From NCBI GenBank assembly GCA_977030845.1, contig OZ365113.1:18290001-18354000 (forward strand): DNA of 64,000 nt, written 5' to 3'. Below the pieces are notes generated by a model that was not told where the DNA came from, searched no databases, and saw nothing but the letters and a program-made list of their open reading frames with translations. Positions 45,201 through 59,100 of the stretch are shown here, piece after piece (positions within the stretch are counted from its first letter, which is position 1; the number at the start of each line of letters is the position of its first letter). The position numbers and the translations under genes were made by a program. The stretch is from Fimbriosthenelais zetlandica. Taxonomy: Eukaryota.

Positions 45201-48200
45201 CAGAAAGTAAGCAGACCCCGCCTCAACAAGCGGCCTTCCTCCGAGAGTACCTCTTTGTCTACAAGGTATGAGTAACTCCTCATCCTCCATAAAAAATACT
45301 TTGCCAAAATATTCCGCGTTATGTCATTATATCTGTGCTTTTAAATGGAATGCTTACATACAGCTTATTACTGTCAAAAGATAGTGCAAATGCATCTTGT
45401 TAATCACAATCATAAATGCACTAAACGTTAATTGAATCTTTTTTTTCCAGCAATTACTATCGTTGGATGGGGTCACAGTCAGTCCGGATTCCCTCCCACA
45501 GCTCCCTCTGCCTGTCGTGGATGGGAACAAGACTAATGTTCTCCTGTGTAAACTTGTAACATCTGATATTAACGGTAAATATTAAGTGTTGCAATTTTGT
45601 ATCATTTTGTTCCTACTTCAAAGCCAGAAGAGCATTTCCATAATAACAGAACCTTCCTATCAACCTTAATTTCTATAAAAAATTGTTTGTGTCTTTTGGA
45701 TATTTAGCTCTCAGACAACCAGCGACATCTGTGACGTTTGAGTCACCCGAATCAGAGAACCCGACATGGGCGAAGCTGGAAGAGTTGATACTTATAGATT
45801 GTGATGCTAACGTCAGTCAGTTCCGACCTTCCTTACAACATTTCACCAACCGAACCAACAACAGCGCCAACCCTGTTGCCATCGTTGGAGGTAACCCAAG
45901 ACTGCTAAGTTGTCTCATTTTATTTATTTAAGCGATGGAAGGGTTCATCCTTATCTCAATATTATTAGTGGAGTGGAATTTTTCCCTCGATATGTGCATG
46001 GTATCATTTCTACTTTTGATTACAGAAACGATAACGGTGGAGGTGGAGTTGAGTAACCCTCTAAAGATTCCGCTCCTACTCTCTGATGTTCTGCTCCTCT
46101 GGCGATTCATCCCTGTCGACTTCTCACAAGCCAACGCCTCCTCCCACGACTCGAATGTCCCTCCCATCACCAACGAGGCCCTCTCTGTCAAGGTAAATAT
46201 GAACATGTATTTAACTACCGCCTTGCTCTCACATTGAAACTTTGATCTATTAAATCATTGGATTTTTCAAATTGTTTTCAGAACCCGTTGGCGGATGAGG
46301 TAGTTGAGACAGAAATAGTGGATGAACTAATACTCTCTGCTTGTGAATCTAAACCTGTGAGTCATCTTCTACTTCATTATAAGATACATATATATACATT
46401 ATATACTCAAATATCAAATATGTATGCTCAAACGAAATATATTGTCGGTCCAGAAACATTTCGTGATATTCTAGGTGAAGTAAGGAAGTCATTGATTTTC
46501 AAAGAATATTGTGTAACCCGCATTTAATACTCTTTTATTAAAGACCGAACAAAAGGTAAGAGGACGAAAATTTCATGGTTTGCATTCGAGTTTGTTTTCG
46601 ACTTTGATAGGGCTACATGAGACATAATGTATATCTAGTTAAATTTGATGGTTGAAAATATTAAGTAGGTTTCCATGTAGGCCGCGGATGCATGTAGTAT
46701 TAGATTCAGTTGCCTCGCTACAATTCAATGATGACGTGTGGTATTCAACATATTTTGTCATTGAAATCTTTCTTTTTGACCAGCGTGAATAAAATTTATC
46801 TAACCATGCATTTAGTGTTAATGCACACTGTTTGTTTAAATGCAAGTTTATATTGCACGCACTCTTATTACAATAATTAATATTTGTCCAATTTAACTTT
46901 AATTCTTTGTAATTATTGTGATAAAGCACGTTTTATAAAATGTATCTTCATTGATGAAATATATTAGGAAATAGCTAATAAATGTGAATTTGTGGATAAA
47001 TTGTCTATAAAAATAATACCTCAGCTTAATGACCTTTCTTCATTCAATGGCAGTTACATCTACAACTGACTCCAAAGCAGACTGGCGAGTTGAGAATTGT
47101 GGGTCTGGCGTACAATCTGGGGACGAGCACAGTGAATGCTGCAGCCTCAGCTTCCTCCAGTAGTTCAACTCCAGGGAGTACGACTCCTGGTAGTGCTACC
47201 ACCCCCGGCAGTCAACCTACAATCCAGGAGAACTCCTCTAGTATGAATAATGTCATTGAAACAACAGCAGCTCAGACACCCAGTGGTAAGACCCCACTCA
47301 CCAGCACCATCTATGTAAGGGGGCGGGTCAATCTGGACGTACAGGGACCCCGACTAAATAACAGCAAAGTGGAGAAGGCGAGCAAGATGTATGGCCCAGA
47401 CCGTAGACTGGATCTGGTCATAGCCCCGGAGATGCCACGACTGGAGGTAGGCTCTTTTCTGCCTTTTTTTGACTGTCTTTCATATTCGCTATAGATTAGC
47501 TTACATTAAGTGGGGCTTTATTGGTAGCGTGGTATCAGAAGTACCCCCTTAACTTTATCCAATCCATTATATATACAATATCCTGATATACAATATCAAG
47601 AAAACCACTGCTGTAAACTTTTATCTGATGACTTCTCTCTCCTAACACATCAGATAGCTATAATTCTTAGTGACATCAATAGTCAATGTCGGAACTACAT
47701 AGGTAGATGAATTAATATATAATGTATGGATTTTGTATATTTTAGGTACATTTCACTGGTTTTCCCAACCATATGTTATGTGGTGAAATACAACATGTGA
47801 ACGTGGACTTTACTAACAATGGCAGCCACCCACTACTGGACCTGAAGGTGGCTTCATCTCACCCCGCCTTTTTCACCTTTGGTACAAACTCCGACTCCTC
47901 CACCTCCCAGCCTTCCACATTAGACCAACCTTACCAGCAGTTGAGCTCACCGTCTGAAACGGGAGAATACGTCATCAACAAGGCCCAGGTTAAACATGTG
48001 ATGAATATTAACTTACCAGGAGGAACTCTAGCCCCAGGCGCCACGGTCTCACTACCCATGTGGATTAGAGGACCCAATACAAGTGGTCAACACAAAATAG
48101 ATTTCCTATTTCATTACAAGTCTGAGATAAAAAACACCAAAGTCAAGTAAGTTTATCTCTCTTTATGTTCATTTGTACCTAGTATATAGGTTATTTTTAG

Positions 48201-50558
48201 AATATTTTGATGATACATGTATAGCAGTTCACTTTTTCACAACTTTTCGTTGGGGACCTTTCTAAATTCTACAATATTTTAACAGCCTTGTTCATCTTAC
48301 AGGCATCGTGTATTGAGGCACTTAGCAGGGATCACAGCTCACAACTCTCTAGGTTTAAAGGCGGTGGCTACAAGGGGCTCCACCTGTAGTCGAGTAGACC
48401 CTTCCCTGCCTCTCAACACCATACTAGTCAATCTTGAAGCAGAGAACCTAAATCAAGTAAGAGACATCTCTTCAGTGGACCAATAACTGATTACTACGAC
48501 ATACAATAAATGATTACTATTACACAAAATTAAATTTCCTAGATAAGCAGCTGAGCCAAATTTTATCTGATTGAAACTTTGATCTGTTTCACTGTCTGAA
48601 AGGAATGTTTCTCTCTTAGATGCAAGAACCCAATATAACAGATATCAGCCTAGTTCAGGTATCATGTGCCTCCTGCAGATGGCATCTCCGTCATCTTTCT
48701 ACTCATGGCCAATCAGGTACGTTTAGAATTATAGATCCCATGGTATCTCTAGAGTCCCTCTGTTTCTATGGCAAATGAAGATTTTTCAGCATAGATGAAA
48801 TTTTGAAAATCGGTTATCTATTTCAGAAGTACGATTGAAGAGTCGGGAGACTATAATGTTGTCTTTCAAGGCGCATACTTGCAGCCATACATTCGTGAGA
48901 AAAGGTAGATCTTTTTATCATCATTAAACTATTTAAGTTTGATGTCTGAATATATATTAAACTATTATCTTAACTTGGGTATTATCATTCATTACTAAAA
49001 ATGTTCCCAATTTTTTTTTTCAGAGAAATCAAAAGGAGGAAAGAAATCTTGTAAAAAGAGGAAATCTAGTCAAGAAGTAGTTTTTACCAACGTCACCTTT
49101 GACCAACCACAAGTGAGTTATATTTTCATTAATCTATTTTTCACATTTTTATGATGATTTCTAGATAAAGTAAGTTTTTGATTCAGATAAGCAATGTATG
49201 GTAATCTTTTCCACCTGGTATTAGGGTATTAAATATTAACCTAGTCGGTAAACCCTAAATCATTTCAGCTCCATAGTGCAATGACACCGTGTGCTGATTT
49301 CTACCTGCGGTCCCATGACATTCCATTGTTAGAAGACATAGAGAACGTAGCAAACAACCCTTCATTCCAATCACCTGAACCTGCAGAACATTCAGAGGGT
49401 CCATTTGACGACCTCGATACGGCACTGGTCGCCGGTCTTACTCTCATAGTTATATGGAAGGTATGAATTTAACTATTCTATAACTGATCTTTTATTTTAT
49501 TACCGAAAAGGCATAGATTTATAATTTTTTTAATAATATATTAAAATATAGCGCACGTGATATTATTATATACAATTTCTGAATTCACATGTATGAATTT
49601 TATGATTTAATTGCGATATTTTGTATTTTCAGGCACATGTGGTGGACGATGCCGGTGTAACACATGAGATCATGGGTCAGCATCATACCACACTAGAGAA
49701 ACTTAATACTCCTGTACATATACCTGCAACAGTCAAGGTGAATAGAGTGATTACTTTTAAACGATTCCTTAAATATTTCTCGAGGTACGTTTTCATTATC
49801 TGCATATAATAAAACTATTAACTTATATTTATTTTGTGAACTCTTTCAGAATCCAGTAGAACAGCCACCTGTTAAAATAATCAAGGATTATGAACCTGAC
49901 AGAGTGAAATTACCCAGTGAGGTGACAACCAGTCAGCTCGTCTCGGTCCACTTGCTATATAAGCACATGGTCACACATGACTTTACACAGAGCAGAGTGG
50001 CCATAATCACTGTCCAAATCCAGATGTTCAATTGCTCTACTACCGAGCTTGATGTCTTAGTTGATACAACGAAAAAGACAGAGAGGTTAGTATAAATTGC
50101 ACTCTGCTGTATAATTGTCCAACTGTATCATGTATTATAAGTTACTTCAGGTACATTCCGATCGCATTGTAATTCTTCAGAAAAAGGAATTTTGATTTTT
50201 TGCCTTTCAGAATTAACACTAATATTTCATGGATCATTCATTCCTTTCTAGGTCCTCCTCCCCTGAGGTATCACAGACGCAGTTACCACCCACAAATGAC
50301 ACCTCTACCTTATCCTTCACCTGGATCGGTCACTCACTCAGTCAGTTCTCTATGGCCCCGGCCTCCACTAGAACCATCTCACTCCGTGCCTGCTTCGTCA
50401 AGCCGGGAGTTTACAACTTAAGTAACATCGCTGTTACTGCCAGACCCACACATCCCCTCAATGGCGCCGTGCTGGAAGCTGTCAATCAAAAACTCTCCTC
50501 CAGTAGTCTACTTACAATAGAGCAAGCTCCTTCTTCTTCTGTGGAAACTGCTTCCTGA
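39223..50558 (+). CDS. TRAPPC8: Trafficking protein particle complex subunit 8 (TRAPPIII)
   Basis: About 28 exons, from MAQCKQSAAEVINNAFAPMVAALCS through PSDHEFLKHYLAC, PKWFCPNVLRYYVLLHDV, FVHEFIVRGLIPWAER, EAPEMQTRRLADLAFMFQLYE and RSALLLEQAAHCF..RKFSFHMILAGHRF, to ACFVKPGVYNL..ETAS stop. Confidence 0.96.
40556..40696 (+). other. U12-type (minor spliceosome) GT-AG intron in TRAPPC8
   Basis: 5' splice site GTATCCTT, branch site TTCCTTAAT (40679-40687) close to the AG, and no polypyrimidine tract. Splicing restores HYLA-C-IFVV. Confidence 0.88.
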
Positions 50559-53500
50559 AAACTCTAACATCCACACGTTATCCTTGGCAAAACGACCGAA
50601 AAACCTCTTTATTAGATTTATTAGGATTATCTTTCTAGCCTTGGTAAGCCTACCGGAAAGAGGCTACTTCAAAACGATTAAAAGTAGATTGAAGCATGTT
50701 ATTTAAATCCATATTATTTCGTTATCTAAGATATCTAGAATGCTTTTTTTGTCTTTTCAAGATAAAATGTTTTCACCGTGTCCATGAGAGGTTCTATGGT
50801 CATATACGTTTGATTTTGGGATATGCAATTTTTAATATGTACATTGTGAATTTTTTTCATATTACACTCCTATATCTACCGTAAAAGATTTTTTCATTGA
50901 AGTAGGAAAACCATTTATCAAAGACAGATATCTTGTACATTTCTTGAAAGACTCAATTACCTGTACATGTACTGGAGCGAGTTAAAACTCGAGTGTTAAT
51001 GTCTGTGTATCACATATAAATTGGTTTCCGACTCCCTCCATTCTAATATATTTCTTATCGAAGATACCATTTAATTCTATACATATGAGCAAGCCCAGGT
51101 TGGTACACATTGAATTGAAAGGCATGAAGATTTCACGAGCTTGAAGTTTCATAGAAATCTATCCATGTACTTGCCATTTTGTAGATGCTCATGGGCGTCA
51201 CACTAATTGCACTTATTTTCCCGGTATTAGTCCTCAAGTTCAAGATTTTGTATAAGTTGTATGATTGAGGTAAAAGTGGGATATATTGACAATTATTTGG
51301 TGCTTACAGTTTGAGACTGGGTCTACGTATACTGAGAAATTTGAAGCACAAAGTTATTGCTCAAACATCAGACCCCAGTGTATGGGTCGCTTTTCTCGAG
51401 CTTGAAGCGCTAATAAACCTGTAGTAAACGAGTCCGATTTCCAAGTCTGAAAAGGGAGTATGTGTAGTTGCAAAATGATGTATACATTCGAGTGTTTTAA
51501 AATATAATATTTTGTTCATAGTATACGTGTTTCGGAGTTACCACACTTGCCTCAGAGTGCCTCGCGAAATATTGCATGCCGAAGCCCCAGTAAATTTTCT
51601 ATGTACATTTCTTGTTTTGACTCGGGGGAAAAATCCTACCATGTGATTGGAAAAAGAATCTTAATTATTATAAAAGTTCAGCTTTTGTAATGCCTAATGT
51701 AAATTGAAGCATGCCCCATGTGATCATTTCTTTTCTCAATGGATAAAGCGTACGGACGCATATCACTTTCAATAATGTGCATTTGTTCAGTTTGACTCTG
51801 AAATGTAAATAACTTTTAGGATATATGTATTTATCAAGAATGAATTAATTTGGAATTTGATAATCGCCATATATACCCGACGATTTAGTATTACAATGTT
51901 TTTAATTATTCAACGAAAGCATCTATATTAAATCACTGACATTTTAAAGTAAATATTGGTTAATTTGTCAGCGCCAGATTAAGTCAAATGTGGTCAATGA
52001 TTGATAATACTAATACCGGTAGTAGTGTAGTTTTGTCCTTTGACCCTATTTGGAATCTACTAAGATGCACACTTTCTATAGGGTTGTTCTGTGTTAGGGG
52101 AGGGGACCCACTACTTCTGAGTGATGGTCTGATAATATTCCAAGAGATTATATGTGATTTGTTATAAGATATGTATAGATTGGTGTAATTCCTGTACAGT
52201 TCTTCGTTAAGCTGTCTGTTGAAATAGTCAATTCATTGCTTATTCTGTATATAGCTATCAGTATATATGATGTACAGTTTGTTCATTGAAGGCAAATGAT
52301 TAATAGAGTACATTATTTATATGTTGCCCTTAATATAATACCCAACAAACACGAGTACAGAATTTTGATTTTCCGTGCCCGGTTTTTGTACATAGACCTG
52401 TATGTAAGTGCTAGAGATACCGAGTATAGGAGGTCGATATATTGTGGCAAGACGTCACGGAAAATGTGTGCTGGATTCAACGAAGCAGAGCAATTTATGA
52501 TAGATATTCACTTTTATATATTTTCGCTGTAACTTTCACTTTCTAGCTTTTTAAATTTTGAACAAATCTCATTGAAATTTTAAATTAATGGTATTTCCCC
52601 CTAAGGTGTAATGTATGGATATATGCAATAGTGATACATTGTAAGTGTTAGATCTGCATAAATCATTACATGGAAAACCTGGGGTCAATTAGGAATAGGA
52701 AATTAGGAAATAATAGAAACTATAAGTTGAGAACTAGAAATGCAGATATCATTTCCGGAGGCTTCAAATAAACGAGCAAATGATTCTAAAACTGCTGGGT
52801 GTTCAGGTTTCATGGAATCTTTCGTACTTTAAATATTCCTAACCGAGATGATTTGATACAGTCTGAAACTAAGCTACCTAACGGGCTATGTGCATTTCCA
52901 GTAGAAAATTAGTTCATTATACATGATGTAATCTACTTTCTCTTTATTCCAATGAACAAAGTCACTGTTACGACCCGTTTCCTTCTCTAGTGCACTAGAT
53001 AGCATGAATTTACTATCCTGTTTTATGGTCATGATATTCTTTTTATTTCAATACACTATTGTTAGGAACATTCCTGTTGTAAAACTATTCACGACTAGAA
53101 AGAATGGAAACGGGGGAGTATTTGCCTGCCTGTACAAATATATTTGATGAAGTGACGATAGCGATAAAATGGTTAACTTACATTGATACAATATTTAGAA
53201 TACTCGCTACTGAAAGCAGTGATATCCCTGACAGGTGGTCCAGGGTCGAGAAAATACTACCGGGAATTTGCTGGGCAGATCTTTATAGAATACAGTAAAA
53301 TTAAAGTACATGTAATAGAAGTTTTCTCTGATATTTCTGCCAGGTGTCTGATACAAGGTGACCACCTAAGTGAACTTCGCTGTACATGTTAAAGCTAGGA
53401 CGAGTGCCACGGTATCAATTAGAGCAATGATACTTTATTCCATAATATGGCCCGGTTTTCTAGATTTGCTGATGAGATATGCATCTGTGTGTTTGATATG

Positions 53501-53915
53501 AAGCATGGCCATTTTATTTTTCCGTCGACTTTTTCTTTGCAGAGTTGCACATCATGCCAGTTGTATTATTTCTACGTTGAGTGCAACACAATTGTGATCC
53601 TATTGAATAATCGTACTTGTACAGTGTTCAGACAATGCTGATTTATCAATAAAAAAAATCCAGTGTTAACGAATTGAGAACTGATTCCTTTTATTTATTT
53701 GCTTTAAATTATTCGCAATCACCCAGAAGGAGTTTCCCCTTATTCACGAATAATTAGAGCACATTATTATAACTGAGAATAAACAACCAATTAAAATCTC
53801 TAACACATGCTTTTTCACAAATGACTGTACAAGAAGTTCTTAATGAAATGATCTGTGAAAAATGCGAAATGTTGAGCACTAGGCCTTATATTAAGTTGAT
53901 AATATTCTAGTTACA

Positions 53916-55374
53916 CTAATGACCGGATGCCTGTTTGCATACTACTTTGGCTCTGTGGCGGTGATCGTTACCGGACTCTGCGTCTGAACTGGAGGAGTCC
54001 GAGTCTGAACTGTTACTGTAGGCGCCAAGACCTGGCAGGACAGCAATAACTCGGGGGAGCTTATAATCGCGTTCTATGATAGTCTCTGAAACTGGAAGAA
54101 AAATGAGGTTATAAATAAAAATAGAGAATATGATTATATATATTCAGGACACTCAACCATTAATTAATTAAACTGACCTTCGTTTTTGTTTCCTGAGGTC
54201 TCATTGGCGCTAGTTTTCTGTTTTTTATCACTCGATTCTCCATCTCCTCTACTGAAAAAGAAAAACATGTAATTTAAGACCACACAAATAACATGTGAAT
54301 AATTCCATTTTGCCGTTCTCCACCCGTTTACATGTATATAGATTTACAATATTTGGTACTGGTACTTCAAGAAGATATTTGTGAGCTGTAGTATGAAAAG
54401 GATATTTAAGTACCTTTTTCTTTTGACGACCCCAGCTAATAGAGCTTGCTGTGATTTAGCACTTTTCGTTACTTGAGGTTTAGGATTCTTTTTCTCTGTT
54501 TTCTCCTCTAGTGCTGTCCGTGCAACTACTGCCTCCTGAAAACATGATTAAGAATGTTAGCACGAATGCACAATTTCAAAAAGTTCATTCTGCATAATCT
54601 CATTTATCTCTATATAATTTAGAAAAAATGAAATAGAATTTTACCCTGTATTCTCGCAGTACTGATTCATTCTCGTCTTCACGAGCTTGGTCTAGTTCTG
54701 TCTTTCTTTTACTGACGAAGTCCAGGAAGTCAGTCTCATCTTCACCTAATCCTTGAACTTGATTCCCTGAGAAAATAAAACATTTCTCCTTTATAATCCT
54801 AAAATTAACTTTATTATTTAAATAAGTGACGGTATATGCCGGCCACATTTTGTCTCATATTAGATCAGATCAATTTAGGAACTAGGGCCAACTAACGTAA
54901 TTTTTGGGTTTCGTCATATTCGTCATCTTTCTTCTGCTTCTGTTCTTGGAGTTTATCATATAAACTCCTTGTATCAACAACTTCTTCTGGGGCTTCTGAA
55001 ATACAAAAATTACATACGTAGGCCTAATGATCAATAAATAGGCTTATAAATAAATAAATCTGTCATTATAGCGGTATTTAATTATATTTTGGATAATAGT
55101 CAGGCTAAAAATAGAGGAGAGATCCATAACAATTAATAGGGCCTGGATGTATCTTTAAAACAAAATTTTGGATCTAAAATTTGGACCTTATAAATAACGG
55201 TAGCCTACTGTACCGGTATGTCAAATGTCGATTTAGACCTACGGTACCTATTGGATCATCTGCCTTCCGGACCTTATCCCATTCGGCTTGGCGAACTTTC
55301 CGCTTCTCTTCCAATTCACTTTCTGTCACAAAAGATTTGAATTGAGTAGCGGATTCACTACTAGTAGAACTCAT
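53916..55374 (-). CDS. PSME3IP1: PSME3-interacting protein (FAM192A/NIP30/PIP30)
   Basis: Exons give KSFVTESELEEKRKVRQAEWDKVRKADDP..DTRSLYDKLQEQK..GLGEDETDFLDFV and the C-terminal IAVLPGLGAYSNSSDSDSSS motif. Stop at 53916-53918. Confidence 0.94.
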
Positions 55375-55739
55375 GGTGGTGATCAGGCAGGCCTCAACCT
55401 TAGGCTAAAGGACACCTGAAAGTATATATCAATACATATTAACTAAAAAATTATTAAGCGTACCTTGTAGTTGTACAATAAATGTACCGGTATTAATTAT
55501 AAATGTAGGCATAGATGTAGGCTAGGCCTAGGCTAAAGACTGGGCTGACACTATTGTAGACAAAATATTCGCCTCGGGTCCCATTCCTGCTTTGAGTGGG
55601 GACAGCTATGGCCTATGCAGGCTAACACTGTAACAGTGACACACACTATTGTAGCCCGGGTATTCCATACTACATAGTAATCCCAGTACTATCCCATAGT
55701 AGGCCTATACTATAGGCTATACGGTGGCTCACAGTGTCA

Positions 55740-55808
55740 CACACTCCGCACAGTGGCGCTCCAGTCGTTCCTCCTTTGAACGACTGGAGCGCCACTGTGC
55801 GGAGTGTG
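55740..55808. repeat. Perfect 31-bp inverted repeat with a 7-nt loop
   Basis: CACACTCCGCACAGTGGCGCTCCAGTCGTTC-ctccttt-GAACGACTGGAGCGCCACTGTGCGGAGTGTG. Confidence 0.93.
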
Positions 55809-56163
55809 ACAGTGTCAGTGTCTATGGCCATTGCCAATGGAAGGGCCCAACTCTCTCTATTAAATCACCTATGATCTCGATTAAAGCTACTGGACCACAC
55901 TACATGGCTATCCTGTAGACCGATAGATGTCTACTGCAATCATAGAGTCTATTTCCCAGCAGAATACTCACTATTTGCAGAGAAAAACTTAAAATCAGAA
56001 GAGCGTGGATGCCAGAACGACTCACTTCATGGGCGCAGACATGTTTGTTTTCAATGACCGCTTACGTACCTGAAAACTATTTATTTCCTATGCTGTAAAC
56101 GGCCCCGTCGTACGTGCTTCCGCTTTAAATGGCGATGGAGAGTGCAGAACTTCAGATAACAAC

Positions 56164-59100
56164 ATGACATCGAAGGAGGCAGAAGTCAATGCCGAGGAGG
56201 CCTTCCGCAAACTCCAGCGGAAAATAGCCTCCTTGGGAATATCTGGAAGTGACCTTTCCTCACTTCATTCGTATCAACGCTTAACAGCTCCAAGAAGACC
56301 CATCTGGCCCTACGTTTGTACTTGTTTTGGCCTACTTCTGATCCTTTCATCTGTCGTCTTATTAATGCAATGGCCCGTTCAAAGAAAAACAGTATTTGAC
56401 TTGTGGTTCAATTTCAACGACATGGACATTGATAAAGAACACTGTCTGGTGGAACTACATGATGTTTTCTTGGATGTTGTGAGACCGCCTGTGGACTGTA
56501 GTATGTGCAGTCCCGTGCAGGAAGTGGATAGGATTTCTAACGTCACACCAGAATTATTTGAGGCCAAATATGCATACAGTGGTATTCCCATTGTCATTGT
56601 TGATGGCATGAAAAATTGGACTGCAAAAAATACATTTAGTTTTGAATTTTTCAAAAGTATCTATGGAGAAGACAGTCCAGCACTTCTGAACATTGAGGCT
56701 AATTGCCAATTTTTCCCCTACAAAACCAATTTTGGCAGTTTAGGGGAAGTTTTCAACATGACAGATGAAAGAGCTCATATGAAAGATGGAGCTGAACCCT
56801 GGTATATTGGTTGGTATGTAGGTTCTTCTACTTTATTTAATTTTGACATTTTGGTCTATTTCATCTGTCTTGGTATTTTTTCTTATGCCTAGGCCTATGT
56901 ATTTAATTATAGGCCTAGGTACATCAGGCCTCATTTAATTTCTCATTTTAATTCATGTACATATTGTAGGTAGGCCTAGGGCTAGGCCTACAACCAGCCC
57001 ATCATTCCATGCCTCCGTAGAGATGGATACTCTCCATAACTCAGATCACACTTCCACTAGAGTGTCAAGAGAGGGCATGAGAGGCCTCTCGCGACACTCT
57101 CGCAGCCTCTCGTGACACCCTTGTAGCCTCTGGTGGACTCGGCCTCTCTCGGCACCTTTGGACCATCATGGCAGTACGATACTCACGATGGCAGTAGGCC
57201 TACAACACTCACAATGGCTTGGCAGTAAAACAGTAGACATGGCACAGCTGTTGTGAGGTTGCAAGTCTCGTGCACTCGTGTATCAAACTCTTACTCTCCC
57301 ACAAGTGTCCACGACAGTCCCACGACAGTCCTACTGCCATCATGGTTCAAAGTGGCGAGAGAGGCCGAGAGTCTGTGAGGCTGTCACGAGAGGCCCCTCT
57401 CTTGGAAGTGAGATTCCCCTTGAGACCTTAATTAAGGCTTGGTCTTTTTTTAAAGGTGGGCGATGGCCAATTATACTGTGTGATAGCAGGGGCGGTTCTA
57501 GTATTTTGAAAAAAGAAATCCTTAAACTGGAAGGCTTGATGCTCCACGTGACAGTTTTAATCTCTAAGCTTAGGGAAGTAAATCAAATTCAAGGTTAACA
57601 TGTCTGTTTTATTTATCATACTTTCCCACAGCCTCCGTTTATAGCATCCCTCCAGGCTTGTGTATTAACTACTGAAAAAGTGTCTAGCCTTCAGGCTTCA
57701 TATTCATAACCTCTGCGAATATGGGCTAACGGTACTAAATTGATATTTAGTGCATGCAAATTGTGAACAATCTGTACCACCACGGCGGTGGAGTGTTTAG
57801 ACTGTGTGCCCCGTGTGTGGAAGGTCGCCGGTTCAAACCGCTGCCGGGTTATACCAGAGATTGAAAAAATGGGACTAGTGGCTCCCTCGATTAGCACTCA
57901 GCAAAGTACAAAGACTGGTCAACCTGGTGTCAGTATACAATATTGAATAATGTGAATTGAAATGTAAAATTGTTGAAAGCGACGTTAAACCCTATTCTGG
58001 TTTAATTTGTTCAGAAAACTTTCTGGTTTATAACAATCTTTCCGGTTTAATCTGTCCAGAATTGTTTAATTTGTCCGGTTTAATTTGCTCTTCGTCATAT
58101 AGGGTCAATCTGGACAAATTTAATACTGTAGCCTAAATAATCTGACTTAAATAGAATATATTGATCAGTTAAACTGATGTGTACCGGTAGTCACCCTAAT
58201 AAAGTCCTAAGTCTACTACCAGTTACGGTACTTCTCTACAGTCTGTTCACTCTAAGTTGATCCGAAACCACAGTACATATATATATATGGTGGTTTTGGA
58301 TAAACTTAGAGTGAATAGACTGTAGATACATGATTGATTAAAACTATTTAAAACACCTCACTAGAGCGACCCCAAACCCACCTACTGCCTCCAATCAAAT
58401 AGAGCCGGTAGGCGGACATTGCAAGGGGTAAACATCTCTCAATATACATCTCTCAGTGGGTGATTATATGGTAAGGAATTGTCATTTTGACATTTTACAT
58501 TTTGACCGGTGAGAAACAGGAAGCTAAAATATAGCTGAGCCTGCCTCTGTTTTAGACCACCAATACTATATAATAGGCTGCCTTTATTAATTATCGACGT
58601 AACATGTATGATTTCTCTAAAATTGTGCTTATAAAATGTATTTAAAAAAATGGTCAGATAGTCCCAAATGTGTGGACAGATAGTCTCTATTTTGTCCAGA
58701 TGGTCCCTTGCCCAGATCCTGACTTCTAACCCCGAGTCCCAACCCCCTCCCTTCTACCATTGTCCATCCAATAAGCATGAAAGTCTGCCAGCGAATATAA
58801 GCTACGACCCTGAATTAGAATTGACATGGTAGCCTAAATCCGGGAGGAAGATTCATAGAGGCGTACATTGACCCAACTGACATTATCACTCCTCTTCACT
58901 AGCTTCCTGGAGGGGCTTCACTGGGGATGAAGTTGAGGTTGAACGTTACCTCTAATCCCCACTCCCTCCCCCATCCCCAATCCCTCACACTCGCTCTCCT
59001 GTCTATCATTTTATCATTAGGAAATTATTAGGTCACCAATAGAAACTAATTCCACTGCCACTTTATTTGTATCTGAGGAATGTGGGAATAATGTCAATGT

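Noticed and set aside
52730-53480. Short ORFs between TRAPPC8 and PSME3IP1 (e.g. 53104-53298)
   Set aside because: No recognisable domain or consistent splice structure; probably UTR or intergenic.
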